From Patescibacteria group bacterium (lineage in GTDB: Bacteria > Patescibacteriota > Patescibacteriia > JAXHNJ01), in contig JBAZMP010000001.1 in assembly GCA_041649715.1 (NCBI GenBank), positions 309,287 to 373,286 of the forward strand: 64,000 nt of DNA, in the 5' to 3' direction. A program made the translations under genes and the position numbers. The notes under the pieces were generated by a model. The model was not told the origin of the DNA, searched no databases, and worked only from the letters and a program-made list of their open reading frames with translations. Below, one piece after another: positions 41,140-50,395 of this stretch (the stretch's first letter is position 1; every line of letters starts with the position of its first letter).

Positions 41140-41847
41140 ATGGTTTTAGATGAGAGAAAAAGCGCTTTACTTAGCGCAATTATCAAGGAACACATAAAAA
41201 GCGGCTTGGCCGTTGGTTCTAAAATACTTGTGGATAAGTACGGTTTTCATCTGTCGCCGGCCACGATCCGCCATGAAATGACGGTTTTGGAAAAAAAAGG
41301 CTATATTTTTCAGCCTCATACATCCGCCGGCCGGATCCCAACGGAAGCTGGCTGGCAGTTTTATCTGAATAATTCCCTTAAAGATAAAAGCTTATCCGCC
41401 AAGGAAAAAGGCGATTTGGACGCCGTCTTTAAAACTTTTGAAGAGTCGGAACTCAAGGTAAAAAACTTAGCGAAAAAACTGGCGGAGATCAGCCGCGAAG
41501 CAGTGATTGTCGGTTTTAATCCTGACTACATTTATTATACCGGCCTTTCCCAGCTTTTTCGCCAGCCGGAATTTACCGAATATCATCTGATTTTCCATCT
41601 CTCGGAAGTTATCGATCATCTTGAGGAAGTGATAACCCGCTTGTTCAAAGAAGTGGCGGAAAATGATTTTAAAATTTTGGTGGGGCAGCAGAATCCGTTC
41701 GGTCCGGAGTGCGGAGCGATAGTTTCCAAATTCAAAAATAAAAAGGGAGAAGCGGGCATCTTCACGCTGTTGGGTCCGGCCAGGATGGCCTACGAGAACA
41801 ATCTGGCTCTCCTAAAATATTCTCATTCATTATTAAGCACTATTTAA
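41140..41847 (+). CDS. hrcA: Heat-inducible transcription repressor (short form)
   Basis: SPATIRHEM..LE..GYI.QPHTSAGRIPT, LGP.RM.Y; CIRCE upstream. Confidence 0.92.
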   Translation: MVLDERKSALLSAIIKEHIKSGLAVGSKILVDKYGFHLSPATIRHEMTVLEKKGYIFQPHTSAGRIPTEAGWQFYLNNSLKDKSLSAKEKGDLDAVFKTFEESELKVKNLAKKLAEISREAVIVGFNPDYIYYTGLSQLFRQPEFTEYHLIFHLSEVIDHLEEVITRLFKEVAENDFKILVGQQNPFGPECGAIVSKFKNKKGEAGIFTLLGPARMAYENNLALLKYSHSLLSTI

Positions 41848-41859
41848 GGAAACTTATTC

Positions 41860-42372
41860 ATGGATAAACAGAGTGAACAAAAATCCTCTTTCGCTAAAGC
41901 TTCAGAGGACAAGAAAGAAGATCATGACAGCGTTGAATTTTGGAAAGCCAAGGCGGAAGAACATCTAAATGGCTGGAAGCGGGCGAAAGCGGATTACCTC
42001 AATTTAAAAAAGGATGCGCAGAAAGAAAAAGAAGATCTGATCAAATTTTCCAACGCCGCTTTGGTGATAGAGATACTGCCGATTTATGATCATTTAAAAC
42101 TGGCTTTTTATCATCTGCCGAAAGAGCTGGAAAATAGCAATTGGGTAAAAGGCATTTCCGGCATAAAAAAACAGACCCAGGATTTTTTGGAAAGTCTAGG
42201 AATCAAGGAAATTAAAACAATCGGCGAAAAATTCGATCCCAACTTTCATGAAGCCGTTGTCCACGAAAAAAAGGAAGGTTTTAAAACGGACATAATTTTT
42301 GAAGAGATAAAGCCGGGGTATATGATGGAAGGCAAGGTGCTTTATCCGGCGAAGGTGAAAGTGGCTAAATAA
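41860..42372 (+). CDS. grpE: Nucleotide exchange factor GrpE
   Basis: RAKADYLN, FDPNFHEAV, GY.M.GKVLYPAKVKV. Confidence 0.93.
   Translation: MDKQSEQKSSFAKASEDKKEDHDSVEFWKAKAEEHLNGWKRAKADYLNLKKDAQKEKEDLIKFSNAALVIEILPIYDHLKLAFYHLPKELENSNWVKGISGIKKQTQDFLESLGIKEIKTIGEKFDPNFHEAVVHEKKEGFKTDIIFEEIKPGYMMEGKVLYPAKVKVAK
41884..41910. repeat. Small palindromic element in-frame in grpE (SSFAKASED)
   Basis: TCCTCT-TTCGCTAAAGCTTC-AGAGGA stem-loop. Confidence 0.55.
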
Positions 42373-42433
42373 ATCGAGATTCGAGATTGGTGATTCGTGA
42401 TTCGTATCCGAATCCCGGATCTCGAATCACGAA
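42372..42433. repeat. GATTCGT/ACGAATC heptamer palindrome
   Basis: GAGATTC GAGATTG GTGATTC GTGATTC then GAATCCC GGATCTC GAATCAC. Confidence 0.7.
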
Positions 42434-42465
42434 CATATAATAATTAACAGAAGGAGAACAAAACT

Positions 42466-42882
42466 ATGGCAATTATCAGATATCGGCCCTTTTGGCCGGA
42501 ATTCGACGAAGATTTTTTTAACCTGCCGGACAAGATGATGGGTTTCACTCCCGCCGTGGATATTTATGAGGACAAAGACAATGTCATTGTGGAATCACCC
42601 TTAGCCGGACTTGACCCGGAGAAAGTGAATATTGAGATTGAGGATAATGTTCTGAAGATATCCGGAGCCAGCGAAAAAAAGAGCGAGGTAGACGAAAAGA
42701 ATTATTACCGCAAGGAAATCCGCGCCGGCTCTTTTTACCGGGCGGTCGCCCTGCCTAAGGCGGTGGAAGGCTCTAAAGCCGAAGCGACTTTCGACAAAGG
42801 AATCCTTAAAGTCGTGATCCCGAAAAAAGAAGAAGCCCGGCCGAAAAAAATCGCGATTAAAGCCAAGAAAGCGGCTAAATAA
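42466..42882 (+). CDS. Hsp20/alpha-crystallin small heat-shock protein
   Basis: PAVDIYE, GSFYR.V.LP, A.F.KGILKV.IPK. Confidence 0.92.
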   Translation: MAIIRYRPFWPEFDEDFFNLPDKMMGFTPAVDIYEDKDNVIVESPLAGLDPEKVNIEIEDNVLKISGASEKKSEVDEKNYYRKEIRAGSFYRAVALPKAVEGSKAEATFDKGILKVVIPKKEEARPKKIAIKAKKAAK

Positions 42883-42982
42883 CGAGATACCGGACCCCGT
42901 GAAGGTTTGCCTTCACATGGCTTTCCGGGCGGGAAGAGGAAAATCTCGTCTTTCCACCTGGAAGATAATTAATCATAAAAAT

Positions 42983-43336
42983 ATGAACGGTTTCGATAAC
43001 AAATTTAATCAACAGTCCAATCCCGGTTTCCGGCAGATGAAATTAAACGGCCGCTGCCCGATTTGTCAGGCAATGTATGATTTCCAGAAGCTGCAAATAT
43101 TAGGCGAGCAGGACCAGTCGATTTTGGTGTATTTGGAATGTCCGGTCTGCCGTGCGGCCATTCTTTCTATTTTGTCCATGGATCCGCGCGGCTTGTCCGC
43201 CCAAGGCATGGTCACGGATCTGACCTCAGAGGAAGTGATGGACTTGAACGACTACGAGCCGGTGGATACAGATGATGTCTTGACTCTGCATGAATCATTG
43301 GAGGAAGACAAGCCGGCTGACAATTTTTTGGGATAA
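42983..43336 (+). CDS. Zinc-ribbon protein with acidic tail
   Basis: CPIC and CPVC pairs; ATG 42983 after an AT-rich leader. Confidence 0.65.
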   Translation: MNGFDNKFNQQSNPGFRQMKLNGRCPICQAMYDFQKLQILGEQDQSILVYLECPVCRAAILSILSMDPRGLSAQGMVTDLTSEEVMDLNDYEPVDTDDVLTLHESLEEDKPADNFLG

Positions 43337-43342
43337 GGCTAA

Positions 43343-43435
43343 CGTGATTCGAAACTCGAGACTCGTGATTCAACCGAATCCCAAATCACGAATTACCAAT
43401 CACAAATCAATCACCAATCTTGAATCCCGAAATCA
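43343..43435. repeat. GATTCGT/ACGAATC heptamer palindrome (second copy)
   Basis: CGTGATT..CGAGACT CGTGATT then CGAATCC CAAATCA CGAATTA CCAATCA. Confidence 0.7.
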
Positions 43436-43483
43436 AAATAATTAACAAATTAACTAACGAATATTAAATAAAGGAAAAACAAT

Positions 43484-45394
43484 ATGTCAAAAATTCTAGG
43501 TATCGATTTAGGCACAACCAATTCCGCCATGGCGATTATTGAAGGCGGCGAGCCGAAAGTCTTGGAAAACTCCGAAGGCAACCGGACCACGCCGTCGGTC
43601 GTCGCCATTTCAAAAAAAGGCGAACGGATGGTCGGCCAGGTCGCCAAACGTCAGGCCGTGATTAACCCCACCAACACCCTTTATTCCCTGAAACGCTTGA
43701 TCGGCCGCCATTTTTCCGATGAAGAAGTGCAGAGAGATATAAAGGTTTTGCCTTTCAAAATCAAGCAGTCAGGCGAAGGCGTTAAAATAGAAATGGCGGG
43801 CAAGGATTACACCCCGCAGGAGATCTCCGCCATGGTTTTGGCGAAATTGAAAGCGGACGCAGAGAATAAATTAGGCGAGAAGATCACCGAAGCGGTCATT
43901 ACCGTGCCGGCTTATTTCGACGATTCGCAAAGACAGGCGACCAAAGACGCCGGCCGGATCGCCGGTTTTGAAGTCAAGAGAATCATCAATGAACCGACGG
44001 CCGCCGCCCTGGCCTATGGCTTTAATAAAAAGAAAGACGAGAAGATCGCGGTCTACGATCTGGGGGGCGGGACTTACGATATTTCCATTTTGGAAGTGTC
44101 GCAGGATACCGTGGAAGTGAAATCGACCAACGGCGACACCCATCTGGGCGGTGATGACTTCGACCAGAGGATCATCCAGTGGCTTGTTTCCGAGTTCAAA
44201 AAAGACCAAGGCATTGATTTATCCAATGATATCATGGCTTTGCAACGCCTGAAAGAAGCGGCGGAAAAAGCCAAGCATGAGCTTTCCACTGTGACCGAAA
44301 CGGAAATTAACCAGCCGTTCATCACCACCGACGCTTCAGGGCCCAAACATTTGCAGCTGAAAATGACCCGGGCCAAGCTGGAAAGTCTGGTCGGCGATCT
44401 GGTGGAAGCGACTAAGGCGCCCATGCAGAAAGCTTTGGATGACGCCGGTTTGAAAACTTCGGACATTAATGAAGTGATTTTAGTCGGCGGCATGACTCGT
44501 ATGCCCATGGTTCAAGCGACTGTCGAAAAATTCTTCGGCAAAAAGCCGAATATGACCGTTAACCCGGATGAAGTGGTGGCGGTCGGCGCCGCGGTGCAAG
44601 CCGGTGTGCTGCAAGGTGATGTCAAAGACATCTTGCTGCTTGATGTGACGCCTTTAACCTTAGGTTTGGAAACTTTGGGTAGCGTCATGACGCCATTAAT
44701 CAATCGTAATACAACCATTCCCACGGCCAAGACGCAGGTCTTTTCCACGGCCGCGGATAATCAGACCAGTGTGGAAATTCATGTTTTGCAGGGAGAAAGA
44801 CCGATGGCCGGAGACAACAAGACTTTAGGCAGATTCATGTTGTCTGGAATTCCGCCGGCGCCCCGCGGCATGCCGCAGATTGAAGTGACTTTTGACATTG
44901 ATGCTAACGGCATCTTGAATGTCAAAGCCAAAGACAAAGCCACGGGCAAGGAACAGGGGATCACTATTACCGCTTCCACGACATTGTCCAAAGACGAAGT
45001 GGAAAAGATGAAAAAAGAAGCGGAAATCCACGCGGCCGAAGACTTGAAGAAAAAAGAACTGGTGGATTTGCAAAACCAGGCCGAATCCCTAATCTTCATG
45101 TCCGAAAAAGCTTTGAAAGACGCGGGAGCCAAAGTGCCCGACAAAGATAAGAAAGAAATTGAAAGCAAGATTGAAGCCGTCAAAAAAGTCCAGAAATCCG
45201 AAAACAAAGATGAGATCAAGAAAGCCGTTGACGAATTGAACCAGGCCATTCAAAAGATCGGCCAGGCCATGTATGGTCAGCAAGGACCCCAGGCGGGAGC
45301 GCCAGGCGGTAAGGCCGGCCCGCAACCCGGTTCCCAAGAGCCAAAAGACGATAAAGGCCCGGTAGATGCGCAGTATGAAGAGGTAAAGAAATAA
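43484..45394 (+). CDS. dnaK: Chaperone DnaK
   Basis: [36 protein letters not shown]. Confidence 0.98.
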   Translation: MSKILGIDLGTTNSAMAIIEGGEPKVLENSEGNRTTPSVVAISKKGERMVGQVAKRQAVINPTNTLYSLKRLIGRHFSDEEVQRDIKVLPFKIKQSGEGVKIEMAGKDYTPQEISAMVLAKLKADAENKLGEKITEAVITVPAYFDDSQRQATKDAGRIAGFEVKRIINEPTAAALAYGFNKKKDEKIAVYDLGGGTYDISILEVSQDTVEVKSTNGDTHLGGDDFDQRIIQWLVSEFKKDQGIDLSNDIMALQRLKEAAEKAKHELSTVTETEINQPFITTDASGPKHLQLKMTRAKLESLVGDLVEATKAPMQKALDDAGLKTSDINEVILVGGMTRMPMVQATVEKFFGKKPNMTVNPDEVVAVGAAVQAGVLQGDVKDILLLDVTPLTLGLETLGSVMTPLINRNTTIPTAKTQVFSTAADNQTSVEIHVLQGERPMAGDNKTLGRFMLSGIPPAPRGMPQIEVTFDIDANGILNVKAKDKATGKEQGITITASTTLSKDEVEKMKKEAEIHAAEDLKKKELVDLQNQAESLIFMSEKALKDAGAKVPDKDKKEIESKIEAVKKVQKSENKDEIKKAVDELNQAIQKIGQAMYGQQGPQAGAPGGKAGPQPGSQEPKDDKGPVDAQYEEVKK

Positions 45395-45413
45395 CGACTT
45401 AAATAAACTCAAG

Positions 45414-45433
45414 GGGCGGAAATACTCCGCCCC
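45414..45433 (+). terminator. Hairpin after dnaK
   Basis: GGGCGGA..TCCGCCC stem; weak T tail. Confidence 0.5.
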
Positions 45434-45450
45434 GTTGGGTGTTTAAGAAT

Positions 45451-45735
45451 ATGAGCGACTTGGATCTTAGTGAAATTAGTAAAACAGTTCCAAAAAATTG
45501 GGATACTTCTTCAATGTCTTCAGAGCCCAAGCCCGAGATTACCACCGATAGAGATTATAACCAATTATACATGGATAATTTAGACCTGAAGCGTGAAATA
45601 AAAAATCTTGAAAAAGAACTTGGGGAACAGAAAGACAGATATAAAAGACTGAAAAATTATCTTATTGAAATTGTTATAGGAGTAATAATAGTTATTATTG
45701 GCGCTTTTTTAATAAGCATATTAAATATTAATTAA
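45451..45735 (+). CDS. Small coiled-coil protein with C-terminal TM
   Basis: Heptad-rich segment then IEIVIGVIIVIIGAFLISIL; AT-rich. Confidence 0.55.
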   Translation: MSDLDLSEISKTVPKNWDTSSMSSEPKPEITTDRDYNQLYMDNLDLKREIKNLEKELGEQKDRYKRLKNYLIEIVIGVIIVIIGAFLISILNIN

Positions 45736-45743
45736 TATAATTT

Positions 45744-46037
45744 ATGAACGGAGAATCACAACAAAAAGTTAACATCAAGGCCAATGATGAGACCATGATA
45801 GGCGCTTACGCCAATAACATGATGGTGGCGCATTCCAAAGAGGAATTTGTTATGGATTTTATTCATCTTTTTCCGCCCCAAGGGTTGCTCGTTTCCCGAG
45901 TTATTACATCTCCTGGTCACATGAAACGGATTATCTCTGCCTTACAGGACAATTTAAAGAAGTACGAAGAAAAATTCGGAAAGGTTGAGCAGGCCGAAGC
46001 GCCTAAACAAGAAGGAGTAGGGTTTGAAACAAGGTAA
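45744..46037 (+). CDS. DUF3467-like protein, copy 1
   Basis: G.YAN...V.HS.EEF.MDF...SRVI.SP.H.KR. Confidence 0.75.
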   Translation: MNGESQQKVNIKANDETMIGAYANNMMVAHSKEEFVMDFIHLFPPQGLLVSRVITSPGHMKRIISALQDNLKKYEEKFGKVEQAEAPKQEGVGFETR

Positions 46038-46082
46038 ATCTAATGTTTACCCCCGGCGAAATCGCGGACGGGCTACGCCTAG

Positions 46083-46168
46083 CCGTCATTCCGAACTTGG
46101 TTCGGAATCTCCCACTAGAATACGCGTAATTAATAACGGAGATCCTGAAACGAGTTCAGGATGACGGG
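46083..46168. repeat. REP-like inverted pair
   Basis: CGTCATTCCGAACTTGGTTCGGAATCT ... AGATCCTGAAACGAGTTCAGGATGACG. Confidence 0.7.
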
Positions 46169-46178
46169 TGGGGGAATA

Positions 46179-46210
46179 GGCGGAAAAATTTATTTGAAAA
46201 ATAAAAGAAG
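46179..46210. repeat. Cassette junction repeat, copy 1 (others at 47160-47191 and 47580-47610)
   Basis: CGGAAAAATTT(A/C)TTTGAAAA(A)TAAAA before each terminator. Confidence 0.7.
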
Positions 46211-46258
46211 CCCAAACTCCGTTGAGTCGGGCTTCACCGTAAGTTCGAAATGATCTTT

Positions 46259-46651
46259 CTACTTCCTAATCCGAGTGTCGCTACTATAAGATTGAATACC
46301 GTAGATGGGATCGCGGAGATTCGTTTTCAGTTCGATTCTGCAATCCCAGCCGGGGAAACTCTTACGGTGGTGCGAAATGACGGCTTTTGCCTCTTGAAAG
46401 GCTCTGCGCCAGAATGGCCGCATGATTTTCTTGTCAGCTTCCGGCGTGGGTTTCCAGTTGTACTCGTGCTCAGGGCTGGTTATTTTTGCCGGCACCAGGT
46501 CATTTTTTTTCAGACCGGGGAAATCCACCTTGATCTTGCCGTAGACACTAATCGCGCCCACTCTCACTAGGCGATCATCAGCCAAATGAGGCGGGGTTAA
46601 GGTGTAAGCGACTTCTATTTCAACTTTCTGCGCACTAACCGTAATGTCCAT
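46259..46651 (-). CDS. Orphan protein, antisense cassette
   Basis: GGGGGT SD; TTGACA-N17-TAAGTT at 46703-46731; terminator at 46207-46235. Confidence 0.7.
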   Translation of the reverse strand: MDITVSAQKVEIEVAYTLTPPHLADDRLVRVGAISVYGKIKVDFPGLKKNDLVPAKITSPEHEYNWKPTPEADKKIMRPFWRRAFQEAKAVISHHRKSFPGWDCRIELKTNLRDPIYGIQSYSSDTRIRK

Positions 46652-46749
46652 AGTCAGACCCCCAAAGGTTAAGTTTTCACGTTTTCTCCAATTCAGTTTT
46701 TCAACTTAACATATTAATATTATACTGTCAAGCCTAAAAAGCCGGCCAA

Positions 46750-47178
46750 ATGGCGGAAAAATATATGAAACACGTCAAAGCAATTATCATAGAGAACAAT
46801 AAAATTCTTTTGCTGAAAAGAAACAGAGAAGGCCGGATTTATTGGGTTTTTCCCGGCGGACAGGTGGAAAGTGGAGAGACGGATGAGCAGGCTTTGAAGA
46901 GGGAAGTCAAAGAAGAGGTTGGAGTAGACGTTTCCGTCGGGAAGCTGATTTTTCAGACGAAATATAAATTGCCAAAAAAAGAGACTAAAGAAGATGAATA
47001 TTTTTATCTTTGCCGCTACATCGGCGGTGAAATCGGTACAGGCCAGGGGCCGGAATATCAGCCCAATTCCGGCTATGTCGGCACTTATGAACCGCAGTGG
47101 GTGGCAATAAAAGACTTAAGGAAAATGAAAGTATTACCGGAAGAAGTGAAAAATCTGGTGCCGGAAAAATTTCTTTGA
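46750..47178 (+). CDS. NUDIX hydrolase
   Basis: GGQVESGETDEQALKREVKEEVG Nudix box. Confidence 0.9.
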   Translation: MAEKYMKHVKAIIIENNKILLLKRNREGRIYWVFPGGQVESGETDEQALKREVKEEVGVDVSVGKLIFQTKYKLPKKETKEDEYFYLCRYIGGEIGTGQGPEYQPNSGYVGTYEPQWVAIKDLRKMKVLPEEVKNLVPEKFL

Positions 47179-47250
47179 AAATAAAAAAGGGCTGTCGAAT
47201 GACAGCCCGTGGTTTCTCAAAATTTCGAGGTAAAATGTACTCTGCTATTC

Positions 47251-47466
47251 CTAGCTCTCGAGTTTAGCGCGGAGATTCAGTAGTTTCCCGCGGACTCCCA
47301 GAAGTTTTTCTTCTTTCTTTTTAACCTCGTCATAATGATCAGCGAGAGAAACGGGGAGATGCCGAGCTCTGTTCAACCCATCCTCGGCCCCTGCGAGCTC
47401 TTTTTGGGCTCGGTCTTGCTCAAGCATGATGTCAATCAAGGCTTTGACCGCTTCCATGGCCTTCAT
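47251..47466 (-). CDS. Small helical orphan protein, antisense cassette
   Basis: AGGAGG SD; TTGACA-N17-TAAGAT at 47539-47567; terminator at 47189-47208. Confidence 0.7.
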   Translation of the reverse strand: MKAMEAVKALIDIMLEQDRAQKELAGAEDGLNRARHLPVSLADHYDEVKKKEEKLLGVRGKLLNLRAKLES

Positions 47467-47653
47467 TCTAAGCCTCCTCTCAAGGTTTATTGTTTTTGTC
47501 CCGTCTGCTAGTTATAAAAGGACAGATGATTAGTCTATATCTTATTAGAGGAAATTATCTTTGTCAAGTTTATAAATGAGGCGGAAAAATTTCTTTGAAA
47601 AATAAAAAGGAAGCGACGTGGGTCGCTTCCGAAAATGTGCTCTTGTTGAATTT

Positions 47654-47920
47654 TCAGCTCATGATCCGGTACTTGGAACCGTCCGGCCGAACGATGTAAA
47701 TGCGGTCCTGGATACCCATTGAAGATTGTCCGCCGGAGGTGGCGGACGGTTGGGTTTTCTCCAACCCGGCGAGCTGCTTTTTAGCGGCGGCAATGGCCTT
47801 TTTCTCCGTCGGGTAGGAACCCGGAATCGGATAATCCTCATTTGAGAAAGTATCGTACCCCTCCAGATGCCATCTTCCTGCTTCCGACTTTTTCTTCGCC
47901 GCAGGACGTTTCTTTTCCAC
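47654..47920 (-). CDS. Small orphan protein, antisense cassette
   Basis: AAGGAGGT SD, GTG start; TTGACA-N17-TAACTT at 47972-48000; terminator at 47609-47630. Confidence 0.7.
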   Translation of the reverse strand: MEKKRPAAKKKSEAGRWHLEGYDTFSNEDYPIPGSYPTEKKAIAAAKKQLAGLEKTQPSATSGGQSSMGIQDRIYIVRPDGSKYRIMS

Positions 47921-48079
47921 TAAGGACCTCCTTTGTTTAACGAGAAAAGTACCAGACGGATTGATTAAAACAAGTTAGCATTAATGTTTTTTATTGTCAA
48001 GCCCTCTTTTTCCGGCGCGGATGGGCGAATAAAAAAAGAGCGGCTTTAAAAAAGCCGCTCGGCAATGAACAATATTGTT

Positions 48080-48337
48080 TTAATGAAAGATACGGCACTC
48101 TCCTTGGTTGAAATCATCAAAGGGTTTGTCGCTGAAGTCTATTATCCCTCTGGCACTCCATTTTACGCGGATTGAATCACGTTGTGAAGGATTGGTCAGA
48201 TTGACGATGACGATTCCGCCGGCCTCCTGGTCTAGGCGGCCGATCACCAGATAAACGATAGAGGGTTTTTCCGGGATCTTGACTTCAATCTTCTCGCCAC
48301 CGTTAAGAGCAAAAAATTCCCGGCTGCTTAAGCTCAT
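48080..48337 (-). CDS. Small beta-rich orphan protein, antisense cassette
   Basis: AAGGAGG SD; TTGACA at 48413-48418 with a weaker -10; terminator at 48038-48060. Confidence 0.7.
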   Translation of the reverse strand: MSLSSREFFALNGGEKIEVKIPEKPSIVYLVIGRLDQEAGGIVIVNLTNPSQRDSIRVKWSARGIIDFSDKPFDDFNQGECRIFH

Positions 48338-48452
48338 GGTTGATTCCTCCTTTTAAACATTTTCTCAAAACAACATCCCGATAATTCCAGTATTAGTCCG
48401 GATTCATTATTTTGTCAAGTCATTTATATTAATTAACTAAGTATTTAAACCT

Positions 48453-48743
48453 ATGAACGGACAGCAACAACAAGTAAACATCAAGGCCAGTGACGAGGTC
48501 ATAAAAGGCGTTTACGCCAACAATATGATGGTGGCACATTCAAAGGAGGAATTTGTTATGGATTTCATTCATCTTTTCCCGCCTCAAGGATTATTGGTTT
48601 CTCGCGTCATTACTTCTCCCGGTCACATGAAAAGAATCCTGGCTGCTCTGGCCGATAACCTGAAAAAGTACGAGGAAAAATTCGGCAAGATTGAAACGGC
48701 CGAAGCGCCTAAGCAAGAAGGCATTGGTTTCGCGACCAAATAA
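48453..48743 (+). CDS. DUF3467-like protein, copy 2
   Basis: About 83% amino-acid identity to 45744-46037 by manual alignment. Confidence 0.75.
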   Translation: MNGQQQQVNIKASDEVIKGVYANNMMVAHSKEEFVMDFIHLFPPQGLLVSRVITSPGHMKRILAALADNLKKYEEKFGKIETAEAPKQEGIGFATK

Positions 48744-48786
48744 AAAACTCCCCTAGCGTGTAAGGGAGTTTCGGAAAAATTCAAAT

Positions 48787-49149
48787 CTACTTGCTTTTTT
48801 GCGCGAGCAGACGGGGCGCGAAACGAGCTAAAGCGCTCATCAAACTGACGGCAAGGATCAGGTGGAAATAATGGTAATCGTATTGGGGATCTGGCGCGAA
48901 AAGCGATCTTTTGGGGTTTTCGATGAGGAAAAAGGGCAGCAGGGAAGCCAAGGATAAAAGCACGATCACCCAAGAGCAGCACTCGTCGCCGTAGGGAAGC
49001 AGAATGTAGCAGAGAGCGGCCAAAGCCGTCAGGGGAACGAGGCAGTACAAAAGGGAAAAAGGAAACTGGAAGTACTGCCAGTAATAGATGGAGAAAGCCG
49101 CGACAAAAATCAGTAATGCCATTAAGATCAGCCAGTCGTTTTTTCTCAA
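48787..49149 (-). CDS. 4-TM orphan membrane protein (likely TTG start at 49149)
   Basis: GAGGGGG SD before TTG; resembles the 49217 protein; terminator at 48745-48771. Confidence 0.6.
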   Translation of the reverse strand: MRKNDWLILMALLIFVAAFSIYYWQYFQFPFSLLYCLVPLTALAALCYILLPYGDECCSWVIVLLSLASLLPFFLIENPKRSLFAPDPQYDYHYFHLILAVSLMSALARFAPRLLAQKSK

Positions 49150-49216
49150 GAGGTTCCCCCTCTCTTTTGAAGAACAAAGACACAAGAAAAACAATTTAGT
49201 GAGGGCGGCACTCAAA

Positions 49217-49639
49217 TTAAGAATTCTTTGATTTCAGATATTGCTCAGCGATCTGACGGCCGTGATTGAAGGCGACCTCCATTTCGTTTCGGATAAGAAG
49301 ATTCATAAACCAGGCGGCGCCATGTCCGAGACTGATGACAAAGATCCATAGCCCGCCATAGGTAAGAAAAACCTTGGAATCGAATTTATGGAAGTAGAGG
49401 GTGCCAAAACCCAGGAGGATAAGAGAGGCGATCAAGTCGGAGTAGAAGACATACAGCGAGCGCTGGCCATGGGAAAGGTAGAAATAAGCGGCCGCCGCGG
49501 TGATGGGGATGAGGAAAGAAAGTAAAGAAAGGGAAGAGAGGCGGTTATCGGTCGCCACGAGAACGAACCAGGTAACATAAGCAGACATAGCCGCTAGAGC
49601 GATAATAATCGCCAGCATGAACCATTTCATCTGTTTCAT
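49217..49639 (-). CDS. 4-TM orphan membrane protein, antisense cassette
   Basis: AAGGAG SD; boxA-like GTCCTTTAACAA; TTGACA-N17-TAATTT at 49695-49723. Confidence 0.7.
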   Translation of the reverse strand: MKQMKWFMLAIIIALAAMSAYVTWFVLVATDNRLSSLSLLSFLIPITAAAAYFYLSHGQRSLYVFYSDLIASLILLGFGTLYFHKFDSKVFLTYGGLWIFVISLGHGAAWFMNLLIRNEMEVAFNHGRQIAEQYLKSKNS

Positions 49640-49726
49640 CTCGCACGCTCCTTGTTAAAGGACAAAGGAATCCGAGAAGAAGTTTAATGCCATAAAATTA
49701 GCAAAGGTTAGATTTTTTGTCAATAA

Positions 49727-49757
49727 ATCCCGTTAGAAAAGCGATTTCTATCGGGAT
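49727..49757. repeat. Short palindromic element
   Basis: ATCCCGTTAGAAA-AGCGA-TTTCTATCGGGAT. Confidence 0.55.
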
Positions 49758-49794
49758 AAAAAATCCCCTGATGGCAGGGGATTAGACGTTAAGT

Positions 49795-50241
49795 TCACTT
49801 ATCTTCCGGATCATCGTTGATCCAGGGAAATTGTTTTCGGAGTTCTTCTATCCTGGCTTCTTCCTTTTCCTCCAGATATATCCGGAAGTTATCGTACAAA
49901 GCCCGGGTGGCCCAGCCGAGCAGACCAGAAATGAAAAGGCAGCCGAAAACCAGCGTGGAATATTCCAAGAGATGTTTCCTCGCGAACGGATCCAAGATGA
50001 CATCGGGAGTAAGTATCAGTGTTCCTAGCGTCAAGATAAAAATCAGCCGCAGAGTTTCCACGGGATGCCAGCGGCGCAGCAGAGTGAGCAGATAAGGAAC
50101 CAGAGCGATAACGAGGAATGCGGCAAAGGGCAGTATGAATCTTTTTTCCATGCGCAGACCGCTGATGACCGAGGCAACCACAATAAGAATCAGACCGAAA
50201 GAGGCCATGGCCGCCAAAACTTTGGCCGATTTGATGACCAT
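49795..50241 (-). CDS. 4-TM orphan membrane protein, antisense cassette
   Basis: AAGGAGG SD; TTGACA-N17-TAAGGT at 50296-50324; terminator at 49762-49783. Confidence 0.7.
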   Translation of the reverse strand: MVIKSAKVLAAMASFGLILIVVASVISGLRMEKRFILPFAAFLVIALVPYLLTLLRRWHPVETLRLIFILTLGTLILTPDVILDPFARKHLLEYSTLVFGCLFISGLLGWATRALYDNFRIYLEEKEEARIEELRKQFPWINDDPEDK

Positions 50242-50320
50242 CGGTTAGCTCCTCCTTTTGTTTGAAAGAACGATTAGACCGTCAAATTCAAACCCACCTT
50301 AACAAATAATATTTGCTTTG

Positions 50321-50395
50321 TCAATAACTTGCCTGCCTATAAAAAAATTGCTCTTCGAATTTTTCCCGGAAAGACACGGTGATTCCTTCAGACAT
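50321..50395 (-). pseudogene. Truncated cassette (24-codon ORF MSEGITVSFREKFEEQFFYRQASY)
   Basis: AAAGGAG SD; degenerate promoter TCGACA-N17-TAATTT at 50461-50489; no terminator. Confidence 0.4.

Noticed and set aside
43871-45412. Antisense ORFs within dnaK and other core genes
   Set aside because: Expected shadow frames without independent signals
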